From a virus, in IMG/VR virus record IMGVR_UViG_3300037258_000301, positions 64,001 through 128,000 of that record: 64,000 nucleotides of DNA; one strand, 5' to 3'. Below are positions 27,801 through 36,275 of this stretch, one piece after another. Position 1 is the stretch's first letter; the number at the start of each line of letters is the position of its first letter. The notes under the pieces were generated by a model. The model worked only from the letters and a program-made list of their open reading frames with translations, was not told the DNA's origin and ran no database searches. A program made the translations under genes and the position numbers.

Positions 27801-30097
27801 TGGACAACAACGGGCTGCCGCTGTCCCTTCATATCGTTTCCGACAACGCCGAAGTCACGCTCCAGGGGCAAAAGAACTACGTCAACACCGGAAGTTTGTG
27901 GGGGTCCGTCGAGTTCAGCGTCCCCAACGCGATCAGTAACACCGCCGTCACCGGACCGAACATTTTGGCCAACGGAACCTTCGAGAACGCGACTATCGCC
28001 CCCTGGTCCGTCTCCGGCGGCACTCTATCGGCGTCGGCCTCTGGTACCGCGCATACCGGCTCCTACTCGCTGAAGGTGACGCCTGGTGGGGGAGCGAACG
28101 TCAGCATCGCTGCCGAGCAGTACATCAGCGTCACCGTGGGCGCGTCCTACTCCCTGGGTATGTGGAGCTGGTTTACCAACGCCGTCACGAGCAGCCACTT
28201 CGTCATCGGCATTTTCTGGTTCGACGCCAACCACAACGCGTTGACCAATCCCACCACGTCACTGAATGCCTCCGCTACGACGTGGACCAACAGCACCCTG
28301 ACGGCGGTTGCTCCGTCAGGAGCCGCTTACGCATCCGTCGGCGCCTCTCTTATCGGCACTCCGCCCACATCCGACATCTGGTACCTCGATGACGTCACGT
28401 TCACCACCAACGCCGAGGCGTACCTGATCAAGCTCGGTCCGACCGCGATGGACATGGCGGGCGAGCTGATGATGACTTCCGGTGCCGCTTTCGAGGCCCC
28501 CAACGCCTCGGTGCTCGTTCCCGGCGGCTCCGGTACCCAGTCGGTGGTCGGGGGCGATGACATCCGCATCGACTCGATGCCGACCATCCTGGTGCCGAGT
28601 GCTCAACGGGATGTCACTCAAGCCAGCGTTGATCCAGTAGCCACGCCGTACTCCCTGGTGATCTACCGCAACGGTAGTTGGGTTCGTACCGTCTCCCACG
28701 ACCGAGGCGCCCAGCCACTCGTCGGCATCAAGGGCAACCAGGGCCAGGAGTGGGCCAGTTATGCCTACACCCCCCTGAAATACGGTTCACCCCCCACCGA
28801 GACCATCTCTGGCATCCCCAGCGGCACCAATGGCGGTTGGGCCGCCGGCCAGAGCGGCAACTCTCTCTGGGTCACCAAGAGCGACCAGGACTGGCTCGCC
28901 ACCGGCACCTGGAACACCTCCGCAGCGCCTCGGCTTCCCGGTCGGGATGACTGCGGCTACCCCCTGATCGCCACCAGCAACGAATCAACCTTCGTCACCG
29001 ACGTCGAGTCCTATTACGGGGCGATGACCACCCACGTATCCACGCTGGCCGGTGCCGCCACCGGTACCAGCCCGCACGGCAATGTCCTGGTGCTCGACTA
29101 CGACCACGACATGTACATCGACGTCAACGGCAACATTCTGGTCAACGGCACCAGCTACGGGAACCTGTTTCCCGGCGGTATCCCTACTGGCAAGTCCATC
29201 ACGGTGCAGTGGGCCCAAACCTCCCGGCTGTCTTCGGCCACGCTGGGCGGTATCAGTCCGGCCCAGTTCCCTGACATGCTCATCGGCAAGGTGGCCGGCG
29301 TCATCGTCGGCCGCTTCGCCCACGGCAATCTCTCCATCTGGCGAGGCACTAAACGCGGAGTTGCTGGAGATGCCTACGCCGGCACGCCACCGAGTTGGTA
29401 CGGCCCCATCCAATCCGGCACCTGTTTCCGGGCCTGGGTGTGGGCGCCGGACGCCTCCAACATCGCACTCGACCCGACCATGCCGACCTGGAATACCGTC
29501 ACCCAAGACGGCTCGCTGACCTATGACCAGGTGGAGGGAGAGCAGCAGCTCACCTTCCCCAACCTGCGGGCCCAGTTGGTGCAGTACGGACCCTCACAGG
29601 ACGTGTGGGAGGTCGACGCGCTCTCGATGTTCGTCGATCCGATCGTCTGGAACTTCTCCACTGACGGCGGCTACACCTTCTACCCGGCCTATGAGATCCG
29701 CAACAACCCGCAGGGCGTCCTGGCCTTCCCGACCTCCATCGACGTCACGGAGCTGGGCCAGCTACCCGGCACGGGCCTGGTGTGGAGAGTTGTCAGTTAC
29801 GCTCCTGATTCGGTGATTTCCTCACTGGTGATTCGCCCGTGGTACGCGGGCCTGCTCTCCGGTAACAGTCAGCGGGTAGGGCTGGCCACCCAAGGTCCCA
29901 ATGTGATGCCCTACGATCATTTTGGCGACATCAATGCCGACGCTTCATTCCAGTTGTGGGACAAGCCCATTCCTCGCGAATGGTTCTTCGCGTATCGACC
30001 TTTGGCGACCACGACGACTTTGGGCACAGCGACGGGAGGGACCTTCCCCAGCAGTACGACCTACCCCGGACCCAGCCTCTACCCCGGTAACAGCTAG
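24845..30097 (+). CDS. large baseplate/receptor-binding protein, 1750 aa, with carbohydrate-binding-like modules
   Basis: ATGA coupling; CBM4/9-like NILANGTFE..AHTGSYSLKV..YLDDV segment; W/T/G-rich beta structure. Confidence 0.7.
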   Translation: MTSPSTLPTPWTGSVPLSSLLQAISVEPRLALSNQQADDPQRFWATNNRPATSQVTEVLQITLGVQRLINHIVFDVSHFPCDVQVEYCDPETNIWLPCLDAQAIGPTPITAGLRDSIPSVLPPISSIGGHLHPQHSFSGHWQHLELAIQPVFTANIRLLLIRNSTGQPPTDNFQNPVDYSLAVRRLNLQYVVTSLLDVPSTPGAFASTTDLFGSPVSYSLRVNAAENVLRNTSATGGTQSGQQLIWKCEPQPVPWAVINFYLDVRNIEGDAQVIDRVYVDPLYTGPAMNLYYSVDDPNGVFVPGFDPLPDGVIQVNDTDAIGGNILYSGLAGVGDIAFVDINNVAVGYDPTHSWWFGGLINAKYRHDGTETIDHPIIDTGDWQCCLTPFGFLFSTSGGDYLSLPIANFDPATPVNFLLSYDSSTNTVTVWIQVGPTSYTGSVTLTTIPVAVTNIRVGGFQTEYPGTSDIDFTELLLKVDDVPDTATVLAFLANPDPYVLNDTYLGSQDPRVNNALLRYHIEFFDGINNPAGFIGGPPDRYADLSWTPITRDYTLQKGFCNFLPTAAKYIKMEFSGLVPEAYELYEPIQRTVLTYPTALGGTGGNSPAPVDQQRPGTTASWKVNLMLSANQYTGGVNPIIGTGGLPGKNYTATTARAITNLEQQAQLALNNWTWRFLPSSSPTVMPSFSTTGPHNYEEVDITPTTKVGYFVGLKSVGAYRLDYSTTADTDQYIDLFYDTSNLAPATNFLLPQPHALTSGAADYAEAQSVVFNSQRVVSAIQFATTQSDPTQLLPDDGFDDPTHTSWNVVGDASFAPGVEVNQIVGSTLQISRNATGVTWSQLTSTYQTYQEIINLSTITYSSIMQGFSVPMDSGGVSSGVITSPPGGRVYAAGRVVAGTNLSSPLYVQIVDNDTGALLSEEAVTVPANSVVEWYTGYHIGDGVDPRPMLWSDFSTPITALPMQDNFTRPNATVLGAMNTTQVWAYDLDNNGLPLSLHIVSDNAEVTLQGQKNYVNTGSLWGSVEFSVPNAISNTAVTGPNILANGTFENATIAPWSVSGGTLSASASGTAHTGSYSLKVTPGGGANVSIAAEQYISVTVGASYSLGMWSWFTNAVTSSHFVIGIFWFDANHNALTNPTTSLNASATTWTNSTLTAVAPSGAAYASVGASLIGTPPTSDIWYLDDVTFTTNAEAYLIKLGPTAMDMAGELMMTSGAAFEAPNASVLVPGGSGTQSVVGGDDIRIDSMPTILVPSAQRDVTQASVDPVATPYSLVIYRNGSWVRTVSHDRGAQPLVGIKGNQGQEWASYAYTPLKYGSPPTETISGIPSGTNGGWAAGQSGNSLWVTKSDQDWLATGTWNTSAAPRLPGRDDCGYPLIATSNESTFVTDVESYYGAMTTHVSTLAGAATGTSPHGNVLVLDYDHDMYIDVNGNILVNGTSYGNLFPGGIPTGKSITVQWAQTSRLSSATLGGISPAQFPDMLIGKVAGVIVGRFAHGNLSIWRGTKRGVAGDAYAGTPPSWYGPIQSGTCFRAWVWAPDASNIALDPTMPTWNTVTQDGSLTYDQVEGEQQLTFPNLRAQLVQYGPSQDVWEVDALSMFVDPIVWNFSTDGGYTFYPAYEIRNNPQGVLAFPTSIDVTELGQLPGTGLVWRVVSYAPDSVISSLVIRPWYAGLLSGNSQRVGLATQGPNVMPYDHFGDINADASFQLWDKPIPREWFFAYRPLATTTTLGTATGGTFPSSTTYPGPSLYPGNS

Positions 30098-30116
30098 CCA
30101 TACCGGCGAGAAGGCT

Positions 30117-30158
30117 TTGCTCCTCCTCAGCGGCACATGCAATAATGCACATGTGCCG
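30117..30158 (+). promoter_or_regulatory. sigma-A-like promoter overlapped by an inverted repeat
   Basis: TTGCTC-N18-AATAAT, with the -10 box inside CGGCACATG..CATGTGCCG (30131-30158). Confidence 0.45.
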
Positions 30159-30196
30159 GATTTTGTGGTGTCTACCCATCGGGAGATCTCACCATC

Positions 30197-30520
30197 GTGA
30201 GGAAGGAGAGGCCCGTGTTGGAACAGGCCGTCTCTTCCGCTTTGTATCGACTCACCCTCCTGGAAAAGGCCCTTCACTCCACCGAATCGTGGTCCCTGTC
30301 CGTCGGTGCCGAGCGGGTACCGGCCACCCGCATCGTCACCGATGACGGCGTGACCTTTCGGGCCACGCTCTCCTCGCTGTGCGCGGCCGACCTGCCGATC
30401 GTGTCGTTGTGGTGCGGTGACGAACTCAGCGGCACTCGGGCACTCCCCTACGCGGATCACGGCGACGGCCTGGATGTCGAGTGGGGCATCAGCATGGGGA
30501 AAGGCGCGGTAGCGGCATGA
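30197..30520 (+). CDS. hypothetical protein (start may be 30215-30218)
   Basis: ORF ends in an ATGA overlap with the helicase start. Confidence 0.65.
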   Translation: MRKERPVLEQAVSSALYRLTLLEKALHSTESWSLSVGAERVPATRIVTDDGVTFRATLSSLCAADLPIVSLWCGDELSGTRALPYADHGDGLDVEWGISMGKGAVAA

Positions 30521-32898
30521 CAACTCTGGAGCAAGCCCCGCCCACGACGGCGGGGCTTTTCCATACTCCCTGGTCGGGACTCCTCGACTTCCAGGCTGAA
30601 GGGGTCGCCCAGTGCTTCTACGGCACCGACCCCGAGAGCGGCGCCGACGGTGGCATGTTCTTGCTATTCGACACCGGCTGCCTCTATGGTGACGCCGAGA
30701 TCATGGTCAATCGAGGTGGGAAGGGGTTCCGGGTAGCGATCCGAGACGTTGTTCGCAAGTTCAACGGCGGCAAGACGCATGGCCCAAAGTGGGATCTGTC
30801 CATCCCCACCTTCGTCACACGAGAAGTTGATGGCGTTGTACGCCTGGGCCGTCTCACGGGCGCCTGGGAGAGCGGCGTCAAAATCACCTACACCGTCACT
30901 ACTGACACGGGTCGGACTATCCGTGCTACCGACGAACACCCCTTCCTGACCGAGCGCGGGTGGCTCCGTCTGGACCAACTCGTCGTGGGTGATGAAGTGC
31001 ATGTCCGAGGCTCTCAAGCAACCGGACACGCACGGAAGCCCAAGCCGCGTTATCGATCAACAGCTGGGCTTGTCCATCACCCTTACGCGACCCACCGCAG
31101 GGCGAAAAACAGTCCTTATCGCGTGGTAGAGCACCGCCTGGTGGCTGAGGCTGCGATGAATCACCTCGCCTATGAGAGGTACGTCGAGCGGCTCCGAATT
31201 GGACAAATTGACGGCCTGTGCTTCCTTGATCCTGACATTTACGCCGTACACCATATTGATCACAATCATCTCAACAACGAGCTGGTCAACCTCAAGATCA
31301 TGACACACTCGGAGCATCAAGCGCTCCATGCTGACGAGGGCAAGACCAACAGCGTCCTATACAAGATCGTGACGGAAAAGATCACTTCTGTGGAGCTCTT
31401 CGGAGAAGAGTCCACTTACGACCTTGCTGTTGAGGATGATCCACACAACTTCCTGGCCAACGGCTTCGTCGTACACAACACCGGTAAGACCGTCTGCTCG
31501 ATCGCGCTGGCCTGTCTCCTCATTGAGGACCAGAAGATCGACCGGGTCATTGTGGCCTGCGAGAAGAGCAAGCTCACCGACTGGGTGAGCGACTTTCAGA
31601 GCTTCTCCGAGTTGAGCGTCCGGAAGTACCACGGATCCAGTCGCAAGACGATGCTGACCAAGCACGACCCCCTGGTGGTGGTCAGCACCTACGAGACGTT
31701 GCGGGCCGACCTGATGGCCTTCCAGAAGAACCCCGGCAAGCGCGGTCGAGGTTCCCGCGTCGACGGGCCGCTGATGGACGATCTGGGGCTGCGATCCAGT
31801 CGCACCCTCTGGATCTTCGATGAGGTCACGAAGCTGAAGGGCCGTGGCAGCCAGATCCATCGGGCGTTCGACTACGCGCTGGGGCAGGCCCGCAAGCACA
31901 CCCATCAGCGCGTGATCGGTCTGACCGCGACGCCGGTCGAGCGGGACTTCGAGGACTTCTACAACCTCGGCCGCCTTGTCGTACCCAGCCGGATGCCTAC
32001 CGTCGAGGAGTTTGAGAAGCGCTACACGCGGGGCAAGGACATCCTCGGCCGCTACGTCTTCGTTCAGTACCGGGCCCGTGAGTTCGCCGCCCTGTTCTCT
32101 CCGGTGCTGATCCGTAAACGCAAGACTGATCCGGATGTGATCGAGCAGTTCCCGAAGATGGTCGAGCAGACCATCGGGGTCGACCTGCATCCGCAGCATC
32201 GCCAGTTCTACGACGCGACGCTGAGCCTGTTCGACGACCCGGAGGATCTTCGCGCGTTCGGTATCGCCCGGATGACCGCCGGCCACCCGTGCTCACACCT
32301 GCACGCCGACAACCCGGTCTCGCGCTCCATCGTGGAGACCGTCGGTGAGGAGTTTCTCCGTTCGGTGCCCTCCTCGAAGTCGATCGAGCTGATCAATCGG
32401 CTGACCCCCCTGGTCAAGGGACAGGGGGCGCAGGTGATCGTGTTCACCTTCTACGGCCGCTCCGTGCTCGTCGAGCTGGCCAAGGATCTGCGGGCAGCCG
32501 GGTTCACCGTGTCGACCTTCGCCGGAGGTATGACCACCGCCGAGCAGGACAAGGCCAAGACGGAGTTCACTTCCGGCGCCACCGAGGTGTTCCTGGCTTC
32601 TGACGCGGGCGCCCGGGGCCTGAACCTCGGCAACGCCTCCTACGTGATCGAGTTCGAGTCGGCGATGAACTACGCCATGCGCACCCAGCGGTTCAACCGG
32701 GCTAGCCGACTCTCTTCTACCGCGACCTCGGTGACCTGCTGGACGATGATCTGCCAGGCCACCATCGAGGTGCCCCTGTTCGAGCTGTGCATGCGTCGCA
32801 ACGCCGATCATGACATCGCGGTGGGGGACGAGGCTGACGACACCGCGTTCATCCCGGCCAGTGAGCGTCGCCGGATGCTGACGATTGGGCGCGGATGA
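30517..32898 (+). CDS. SNF2-family helicase/ATPase containing an intein
   Basis: Walker A split as DTG|intein|TGKT; WIFDEV; GLTATP; motif V SDAGARGLNL; QRFNRASR. Confidence 0.9.
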   Translation: MTTLEQAPPTTAGLFHTPWSGLLDFQAEGVAQCFYGTDPESGADGGMFLLFDTGCLYGDAEIMVNRGGKGFRVAIRDVVRKFNGGKTHGPKWDLSIPTFVTREVDGVVRLGRLTGAWESGVKITYTVTTDTGRTIRATDEHPFLTERGWLRLDQLVVGDEVHVRGSQATGHARKPKPRYRSTAGLVHHPYATHRRAKNSPYRVVEHRLVAEAAMNHLAYERYVERLRIGQIDGLCFLDPDIYAVHHIDHNHLNNELVNLKIMTHSEHQALHADEGKTNSVLYKIVTEKITSVELFGEESTYDLAVEDDPHNFLANGFVVHNTGKTVCSIALACLLIEDQKIDRVIVACEKSKLTDWVSDFQSFSELSVRKYHGSSRKTMLTKHDPLVVVSTYETLRADLMAFQKNPGKRGRGSRVDGPLMDDLGLRSSRTLWIFDEVTKLKGRGSQIHRAFDYALGQARKHTHQRVIGLTATPVERDFEDFYNLGRLVVPSRMPTVEEFEKRYTRGKDILGRYVFVQYRAREFAALFSPVLIRKRKTDPDVIEQFPKMVEQTIGVDLHPQHRQFYDATLSLFDDPEDLRAFGIARMTAGHPCSHLHADNPVSRSIVETVGEEFLRSVPSSKSIELINRLTPLVKGQGAQVIVFTFYGRSVLVELAKDLRAAGFTVSTFAGGMTTAEQDKAKTEFTSGATEVFLASDAGARGLNLGNASYVIEFESAMNYAMRTQRFNRASRLSSTATSVTCWTMICQATIEVPLFELCMRRNADHDIAVGDEADDTAFIPASERRRMLTIGRG
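30679..31479 (+). mobile_element. intein, 267 aa, with HNH-type homing endonuclease
   Basis: Starts CLYGDAEI; block B IRATDEHPFLT; ends TYDLAV..HNFLANGFVVHN followed by +1 Thr; internal EHRLVAE..VHHIDHNHLNNELVNL..H..H. Confidence 0.93.
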
Positions 32899-32919
32899 AC
32901 GCCACCAGGTCGTCTTCGG

Positions 32920-33183
32920 TCACTTTGCCTCCAGCGCGGTCGTGATGGCCCGCGCGGTCGGGCATGGCCACGGCTCGTCGCAGGTCGGACAGAACTCGCC
33001 TTCCCGTTCCTCGCCGTCGGCGTCGCGACCTTCCACATGCTCAGGCGAGTGCAGGTCGAGCACGGCGCGGAGCGCGGCGAATGCCGCCGAGGCGCATTCC
33101 TCGCGCAGGTACGCCTGGCCTTCGTAGCCGTAGGCGCCCGCGCCGTAGGCGTAGTCGTCGAGCAACTTCAGTGGATCACTCAT
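32920..33183 (-). CDS. small phage protein with CxxC..WPC motif
   Basis: LRAVLDLH..FCPTCDEPWPCPT, a motif common in small actinophage proteins. Confidence 0.7.
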   Translation of the reverse strand: MSDPLKLLDDYAYGAGAYGYEGQAYLREECASAAFAALRAVLDLHSPEHVEGRDADGEEREGEFCPTCDEPWPCPTARAITTALEAK

Positions 33184-33286
33184 CGGCTGCACCGTCCTTG
33201 TTGGCGAGGTAGGCGACGCGCGCCTCTGGAGTGTCGTCGATCCAGCCGCCGTTCGGGAGTGGACGAACGTAGTCGGGGTCGGTCAC
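33176..33286 (-). CDS. 36-aa microprotein MTDPDYVRPLPNGGWIDDTPEARVAYLANKDGAADE
   Basis: GAGGAG RBS, GTG start, overlaps both neighbours; too short for the ORF track. Confidence 0.55.
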   Translation of the reverse strand: MTDPDYVRPLPNGGWIDDTPEARVAYLANKDGAADE

Positions 33287-33522
33287 GTGGTCTCCTCAGT
33301 GGCGGGGAAGGGTGGTACCTCGATCTTCGTGACGCGGTACCCAAGGTTGACCAGGACGTTCAGGAAGGTACCCACACCATGCGCCTGCGTTGAGTGGCGC
33401 ATGAACTCGCGGTGCTCCCCCAGGGCGGTGTGGACGGCTTCGTACAGCTCGTCGAACTCACCGAGTTCCTGCCAGGGGATGTCATCGATATCGGGATCTG
33501 GGGCCTCGACGGGATCGGTCAT
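33283..33522 (-). CDS. small acidic hypothetical protein
   Basis: ATGA and GTGA overlaps with neighbours. Confidence 0.65.
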   Translation of the reverse strand: MTDPVEAPDPDIDDIPWQELGEFDELYEAVHTALGEHREFMRHSTQAHGVGTFLNVLVNLGYRVTKIEVPPFPATEETT

Positions 33523-33950
33523 GACGACACCTTCTCCGCAGAGACGCCGAAGCCACGATCCACCTTGACCACGTAGCCACGCTTCTTCGCGCAGCACCCG
33601 CACAGCCGGATCTCTTCCTCGTCATCCTGCTCCCAGTTCACCCAGGCCAAGCCCTCGTTGTAGAACAGCACTCCGCAGTCGTCGCATCCTTGCTGGGAAA
33701 CCAGGTCGGAGACTCCCCCGAAGCGCCCGAGCCAGAACCACTCCAACGACTCACAGTGCTCGTCGTGCTCGTCCCACTCCTTGCGGATGTGTGGGAACAG
33801 CGTGTCGTAGCACCACGGTTCGACCTTCACGTAGTGCTTCGGCGCGATGCTCGGTCCAGGCCACCAGCCGAAGTAGTGGGCCCAGCGTTTGAACCACACC
33901 ACCGAGAGGTCATGTGGATTGGGACAGAAGTGGCAGTGACGTTCCTTCAC
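33519..33950 (-). CDS. Cys/His/Trp-rich hypothetical protein (possible zinc binding)
   Basis: CHFC, CDDC and CGCC motifs; GGAGG RBS. Confidence 0.65.
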   Translation of the reverse strand: MKERHCHFCPNPHDLSVVWFKRWAHYFGWWPGPSIAPKHYVKVEPWCYDTLFPHIRKEWDEHDEHCESLEWFWLGRFGGVSDLVSQQGCDDCGVLFYNEGLAWVNWEQDDEEEIRLCGCCAKKRGYVVKVDRGFGVSAEKVSS

Positions 33951-34441
33951 GACCCCTCCACCAAGGCCCGTAGGGCGGTTACGTACTTCTCCAGGCCCTC
34001 AGCGATCTCAGCGAGGGTCAGGGCCTCCTCCGGGGGATGGGGTACTCCCACCCGCGTTCGGGTCTTGGAGGCCAACTGGTGCCGCAAGGGGACAGCCTTC
34101 TGAGGTCGATCTCCTTCCTTCGGTGCCAGGTCGGGCATTTCGTTGGAGTAGGAGTTGATGTAGAAGGTCTTGCGGAAGATGGCGCCAGCCTCCGTCCCGA
34201 CGTAGATCGTGTCGTTCTGGCTCAACCAGACGTGCATCGGCTCGTTCTGGCGACCCCACCGGACCATGACCAGTTCCTGGTCGGGCTTCATGATCTTCCG
34301 CGCCTTCGCGATGACCTCTCGATCATGCGAGACGGACTTGATCATTTCTTCTCGGAAGGTCACCATCTTCTCGCTCGGTTGATAGATCATCATGATGATG
34401 TGCTGTAAGCCGGTGGACCCGGCGGGCGACCCGTCAGACAT
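33947..34441 (-). CDS. hypothetical protein
   Basis: GAGG RBS; overlaps both neighbours. Confidence 0.65.
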   Translation of the reverse strand: MSDGSPAGSTGLQHIIMMIYQPSEKMVTFREEMIKSVSHDREVIAKARKIMKPDQELVMVRWGRQNEPMHVWLSQNDTIYVGTEAGAIFRKTFYINSYSNEMPDLAPKEGDRPQKAVPLRHQLASKTRTRVGVPHPPEEALTLAEIAEGLEKYVTALRALVEGS

Positions 34442-34688
34442 CGGTCTTCTTCATCGGCGTGTCGTTGGAAAATGCGGAGGAGAAGATCTGGAAGGTATCC
34501 GAGGAGGTCCTGGGCGCGATCGTGTCGAGGACCAGCACTACGGGTTCGCCGGGGGCGAAGCAGTCGGGCATGACGTCCCGAAGGATGCCGTCGCTGGTCT
34601 CGTCCCAATCCGGGGCAAGTAGCACCACCTCGTAGTCCAACCAGTCCGGATGGGCTTGCAGTTGAGCGAGCAGTTCATGGCCGTTCAC
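34434..34688 (-). CDS. hypothetical protein
   Basis: GTG at 34688 in a GTGA overlap, GGAG upstream. Confidence 0.6.
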   Translation of the reverse strand: MNGHELLAQLQAHPDWLDYEVVLLAPDWDETSDGILRDVMPDCFAPGEPVVLVLDTIAPRTSSDTFQIFSSAFSNDTPMKKTDV

Positions 34689-35053
34689 GCGGAAGACTCC
34701 GTTCCGACCCCCTGAGGGGTCCACTGGGCAGTGTTCGGAAGAGTGGGGGGATCACTTTCTCGGGTCGCGCGCAGATCGTTCAGGAGATCTCTGACGAGCT
34801 GTTCGACCTGCTCGCGAAGAGCGAACGGCGGGAGAAGTCCCCGGGTAGAGACGACCGTGGGGTTGGTCTGCCCGTCCTTGCCGGTGAGCGGCTTACCGTC
34901 GATCATCAACTCGATGGCCATGAACCCGACGAATTGCCCGTCACCGGCCGGTTCTGGCAAGACTCCCAGGGTGACATCCCATGAGGTGTCCTCAGGCTCG
35001 GCCATCAGGATCTCTTCGACCCACTGGCTCCACTGTGCGGAGATACGTTGCAT
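34685..35053 (-). CDS. hypothetical protein
   Basis: 122-aa ORF in the coupled reverse-strand block. Confidence 0.65.
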   Translation of the reverse strand: MQRISAQWSQWVEEILMAEPEDTSWDVTLGVLPEPAGDGQFVGFMAIELMIDGKPLTGKDGQTNPTVVSTRGLLPPFALREQVEQLVRDLLNDLRATRESDPPTLPNTAQWTPQGVGTESSA

Positions 35054-35058
35054 GGATG

Positions 35059-35241
35059 TCAGTCTGGCACGACGTCGTAGAACTCATCGGGCGTGTTGGC
35101 GGTATCGGCGATGGCCTGAGCCATCACTCGGTTCATGACAGCACCGGGGAAGCCCGGTATGGGAATCAGCTCGTCAAGGACGACGGCGAGCTTCTTCTTC
35201 CGGTGCTGACGACGGACCTGTTTCGCCTGACGGTTACTCAT
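35059..35241 (-). CDS. small basic hypothetical protein
   Basis: ATG at 35241 with GGAG upstream, ATGA overlap. Confidence 0.55.
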   Translation of the reverse strand: MSNRQAKQVRRQHRKKKLAVVLDELIPIPGFPGAVMNRVMAQAIADTANTPDEFYDVVPD

Positions 35242-36173
35242 TGTGTCTCCAGGGAGATGAGGGCACGACGGTAGGAGATCATGGGAGGATTCGGACGAAG
35301 TAGCATGCGGTTGAACCACCGAGCATGCATCCTCTTGCGGAAGTAGATGTCAGCGCAATGGGTGACGTTCCCGTAGGTACGGATGAGCTGCCGAACAGCC
35401 TTGCGCAGGAGATACCAGCGTTGAGGCACTGGTGGTGGCGCTGTGTCCAGGATGGCTTTACGCAGGACGGCGTTAGGCGTGATCCGGACACCCAGTTCGC
35501 CCTGAGGCGTGGACGGTACCTGCATGGCTAGGTGGAATAGCCGTAATGCCAGCTCCGAGGAGGGAATCAGGACCGCGTGTTCGGCAGCACTGCTTCGGGG
35601 GGACTGATAGGTCGTGACCAGGCTGGAAGGGGCATCGTCGGCAGTCCCGGTGGGGAATGCCACCGCTGTCTCACCGAGCTTGGCGTGGTAGTTGCTCTGA
35701 TTACCCGCCTTGAGCTTGGTCGTCGAGATCAGATACACCGGTCGATCTGCCGCGATGAACCCGCGTAGCTGCTCCTCCGCGATCTTGGCAGCATGGAACG
35801 GCTTGCCGTGTTCACATGTTCCCCGGATGCAGGTGGCGTGACGGGTTTGCGCATGTCCAGTTCGTGACGTTAGTGAGGTCAAGGTGATGGGATTCTCGCA
35901 CTTGGCTCCAGTTTTCCTGACCAAGGCACTAGCTGCGCTATGGATGATCCTTATGTCTCTTGCCCAGGAGTTCTGCTGTTCAGGAGTGAGAGAGTACTGG
36001 AATTCCGCATGCTCCCCCGAAGTCCTGCCAGCAAGATTGGAGGCTTCCCTCGCTCGGTCCACCCTCGCTGCGCTCGGGATTCCTCGCTCGGTCATCCTCC
36101 AATGACGACGAGCTGCGCTCGTGGGAGGGTTGGTCGACGAGCTGGATTTGCCATGAAGGCGCTGGTACGGCAC
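35238..36173 (-). CDS. basic 311-aa hypothetical protein with Cys/His cluster
   Basis: AAGGA RBS before GTG; many A/T-ending codons; C..CIRGTCEH cluster. Confidence 0.55.
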   Translation of the reverse strand: MPYQRLHGKSSSSTNPPTSAARRHWRMTERGIPSAARVDRAREASNLAGRTSGEHAEFQYSLTPEQQNSWARDIRIIHSAASALVRKTGAKCENPITLTSLTSRTGHAQTRHATCIRGTCEHGKPFHAAKIAEEQLRGFIAADRPVYLISTTKLKAGNQSNYHAKLGETAVAFPTGTADDAPSSLVTTYQSPRSSAAEHAVLIPSSELALRLFHLAMQVPSTPQGELGVRITPNAVLRKAILDTAPPPVPQRWYLLRKAVRQLIRTYGNVTHCADIYFRKRMHARWFNRMLLRPNPPMISYRRALISLETQ

Positions 36174-36200
36174 AATCAGTCCTTAGTCCGATGTCGTTTT

Positions 36201-36250
36201 GGGAATTGATGACCTTCAGCTCTGATCAGCTGGAGGTCATTCCCCTTTTT
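36201..36250 (+). terminator. intrinsic terminator-like hairpin, + orientation
   Basis: ATGACCTTCAGCT/AGCTGGAGGTCAT 13-bp stem with one G-U pair, then TCCCCTTTTT. Confidence 0.55.
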
Positions 36251-36275
36251 GGGGACAAACCGGAACGGTAGCGGA

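Noticed and set aside
10380-30097. Extracellular contractile injection system or tailocin
   Set aside because: Terminase, neck genes and a full replisome lie in the same contig, so this is a phage
30162-30190. Possible fifth TCAG-box promoter (TTTGTGGTGTCTAC..)
   Set aside because: Lacks TCAG(G/A)G and a correctly spaced -10 box
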